A DNA stretch of 62,748 bases, the filler included, from Klebsormidium nitens (taxonomy: Eukaryota > Plantae > Klebsormidiophyceae), in the NCBI GenBank assembly GCA_000708835.1. It is 9 parts of 9 records of this genome, joined end to end, with 100 filler letters (N's around TTAATTAATTAA, not from the genome) between each part and the next. Parts side by side here need not be neighbours in the genome. Positions count along the whole stretch, not along the records: positions 60,478 to 62,748 come from DF238721.1; 8 more parts are not named here. One strand, written 5' to 3'. Under the pieces are notes generated by a model, which was not told the origin of the DNA, ran no database searches, and was given only the letters and a program-made list of their open reading frames with translations. The position numbers were made by a program, and so were the translations under genes. Numbering within the stretch: position 1 is the first letter of the stretch; every line of letters starts with the position of its first letter. Below, in pieces: positions 60,992-62,748 of the stretch.

Positions 60992-62411
60992 CTAGTATAT
61001 TGCCTCTACACAGCAGTCACTGATGGTGAATGCTGGATCCTGCATGATTGCAGGCTTGCCGGAGACCACGTCATAGTACATATAGCGCACTTGCATGCCG
61101 TCCCCGTCCGCTTCTGATGCCTCTCGAATGGCTTCGAGAAGGCGTTCCTCCCGGGCGGCCCTCTTGACTTTCTGCTTCTTGCCATCCACGTGGTACGCGT
61201 TTGGGTTGTAGCGAAGGAATCGCACCGGCAGACCATTCCCTTCGAGCAGCCAGGCCTCATAGATCTTGGCCATCCGAGCAACGTCGCATGCCACCCCATA
61301 GGATTCGTGCTGGTACTCGTCGACCTCCAGCACGACAACCTTGCCATTCTGGATGATGACAAAGTCCGCGCGAGCGAACGTGCCTTGCAGACAGCCAAAG
61401 TTGACATAATGCTCCCGCTTGAAGTCGATGCTGGACCCCTCGAGGAGCTTCGCGATCCGTACCTCCTCGCGCTTGCGCTTCTGCTTGCCCTCGGTGGTGT
61501 GATAGTAATATGTATGTGTACGTAGGTGGGTGCTCTGTGCAAAATCGTCCTTGCACTCGGTGCAGGCATACGGGCGCTCGCCTGTGTGTGTCCGCTGATG
61601 CACCTGCAAGTGTTGTGCCTGGGAGAAAGTTGCATCGCACACGGTGCAGGCGTACGGGTGTGCGTCCGCTGGTGAGATTGCAAAGTGCCGGCTACAGCAA
61701 AGGTGGCATCGCACTCAGTGCAGGCGTACGGGCGCTCGCCACTGTGCGTCCGCTGGTGTCTCTGCAGATCGCCCGCCTGGGTGAATTTTGCATCACAGTC
61801 GAAGCAGGCATACGGGCGCTCGCCTGTGTGCGTCCGCTGATGCCTGTGCAGAGTGCCTGCCTCAGCGAATTTTGCATCACAGTCGGTGCAGGCGTGCGGG
61901 CGCTCGCCAGTGTGCATCCGCTGGTGGATTTGCAAGTTGCCTATTTGAGCGAAAGTGGCGTCGCAGTTGGTACAAGCATACGGGCGCTCGCCACTGTGCG
62001 TCCGCTGGTGGATCCGCAGATGAGCTGACTGATTGAATGTTGCGTCGCACTCTGTGCATGCATATGGCCGTTCGCCAGTGTGCCTCCTCTGATGGGTTCG
62101 CAAGTGGTCTGCCCGAGAAAAACCGCACTGCACTCTGTGCATACATGCGATTTCACCTTCTGAAGGTGCTCAACATTCACACATGATTTCTTGCCACAAC
62201 TGCGCCGACAATGATGCATAGTATCGAGCACATTGTCAGGATGCTCCAGATCCCAAAGAAAGCGATGCACGTTGAAGCTTCGGCTCTCTTGGTCGATTGT
62301 GACTTCCACTCTGCCCGACCCATCTCCTCTCCACAGGCAACAGCCATTTGCATCAGCAGGGGAGGTCTTTGTCTTGATTGCGAGCAGCACAGCAGCGTTC
62401 CAGTTGGCCAT
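60992..62411 (-). pseudogene. HNH-like domain + 8 C2H2 zinc fingers + PD-(D/E)xK-like endonuclease, two frameshifts
   Basis: N-terminal [29 protein letters not shown]; eight CxxC-x12-HxxxH(-like) fingers with TGERPY linkers; C-terminal [36 protein letters not shown]. Frameshifts at ~62120 (1 nt in a T-run) and ~61658 (~10-nt deletion in a linker). Confidence 0.85.
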
Positions 62412-62748
62412 TGATACTATTGACGTTCTAAGCACAAAGCTTGTCCCTAAGTGTTGACGCACCCTTAGCACCCTGAGCGCATTCTGGCCCTGCTCTTCCA
62501 CAATCTACGGTGCACTTGGGAAGCACCTCGCATACTCCTGTGCAACTACCTCGTACAACTCTGGTGGCAGGCCTTCTTGAGGTGCCTCTTGCCCCTCATC
62601 ATCACCAAGCGTATCAATACCAAAAACCCAACAGCGCTTTTTGAGCCGAAGACTCGAGTCCCTAGGATAAGGGGGGTCTATAGCCTCTCTGCCTGCTCTG
62701 AAGAATAGGAGGAGCCCCATCTCTGCCCAAATACCGTTCTGGGCCAAC

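Larger units (their letters stand above)
54076..62748. mobile_element. Endogenous giant-virus-like (Nucleocytoviricota) segment
   Basis: Tightly packed intronless ORFs with short intergenics and virus-typical content (Prim-Pol, tyrosine recombinases, MC1-like protein, OBP-like protein, FDPFCRR protein, EVDExQH nuclease). The first contig is AT-richer than the host genes. No capsid, packaging ATPase or PolB in the window. Confidence 0.8.

Noticed and set aside
61006-62142. Ordinary host C2H2 transcription factor
   Set aside because: Intronless, fused to nuclease-like domains at both ends and embedded among NCLDV-type genes.
54076-62748. Complete Polinton, virophage or PLV
   Set aside because: No capsid, packaging ATPase, protein-primed PolB, protease or TIRs visible; the FDPFCRR and MC1-like genes point to NCLDVs.
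1-62748. tRNA, rRNA, TnpB/Fanzor or reverse-transcriptase genes
   Set aside because: No recognisable signatures seen by eye; tRNAscan-SE and HMM scans would be needed to exclude them formally.

Overview
Eukaryotic nuclear DNA with GT-AG introns, most consistent with a streptophyte green alga (Klebsormidium-like; this is inference from gene content and style). It is a draft assembly: eight 100-bp gaps carry an artificial TTAATTAATTAA linker and there is one 814-N gap, so adjacency across gaps is uncertain. Two clear host genes lie head-to-head: a chloroplast thioredoxin-like 4 (CGSC) and an EXS-family membrane protein. There are also orphan or decayed exons of an acyl-CoA thioesterase and of GMC oxidoreductases. 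DNA transposons include a PIF/Harbinger-type MITE, a Tc1/mariner-type MITE, a KDZ-type fragment (SWIM + CxC) and a multi-exon Mutator-like DDE transposase with a coding minisatellite. The right end (54076-62748) is an intron-free, gene-dense, partly decayed segment resembling an endogenous giant virus (Nucleocytoviricota). It holds a Prim-Pol primase, an intact tyrosine recombinase beside a catalytically truncated paralog, a perfect 26-bp palindrome, an MC1-like DNA-binding protein, a probable origin-binding-protein C-terminus and a conserved NCLDV protein. It also holds a frameshifted natural zinc-finger-nuclease-like gene (HNH-like + 8 C2H2 fingers + restriction-fold nuclease). A viral-style histone-fold gene at ~16.0 kb may be a second viral patch. 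All family calls come from motif recognition by eye; no searches were run.
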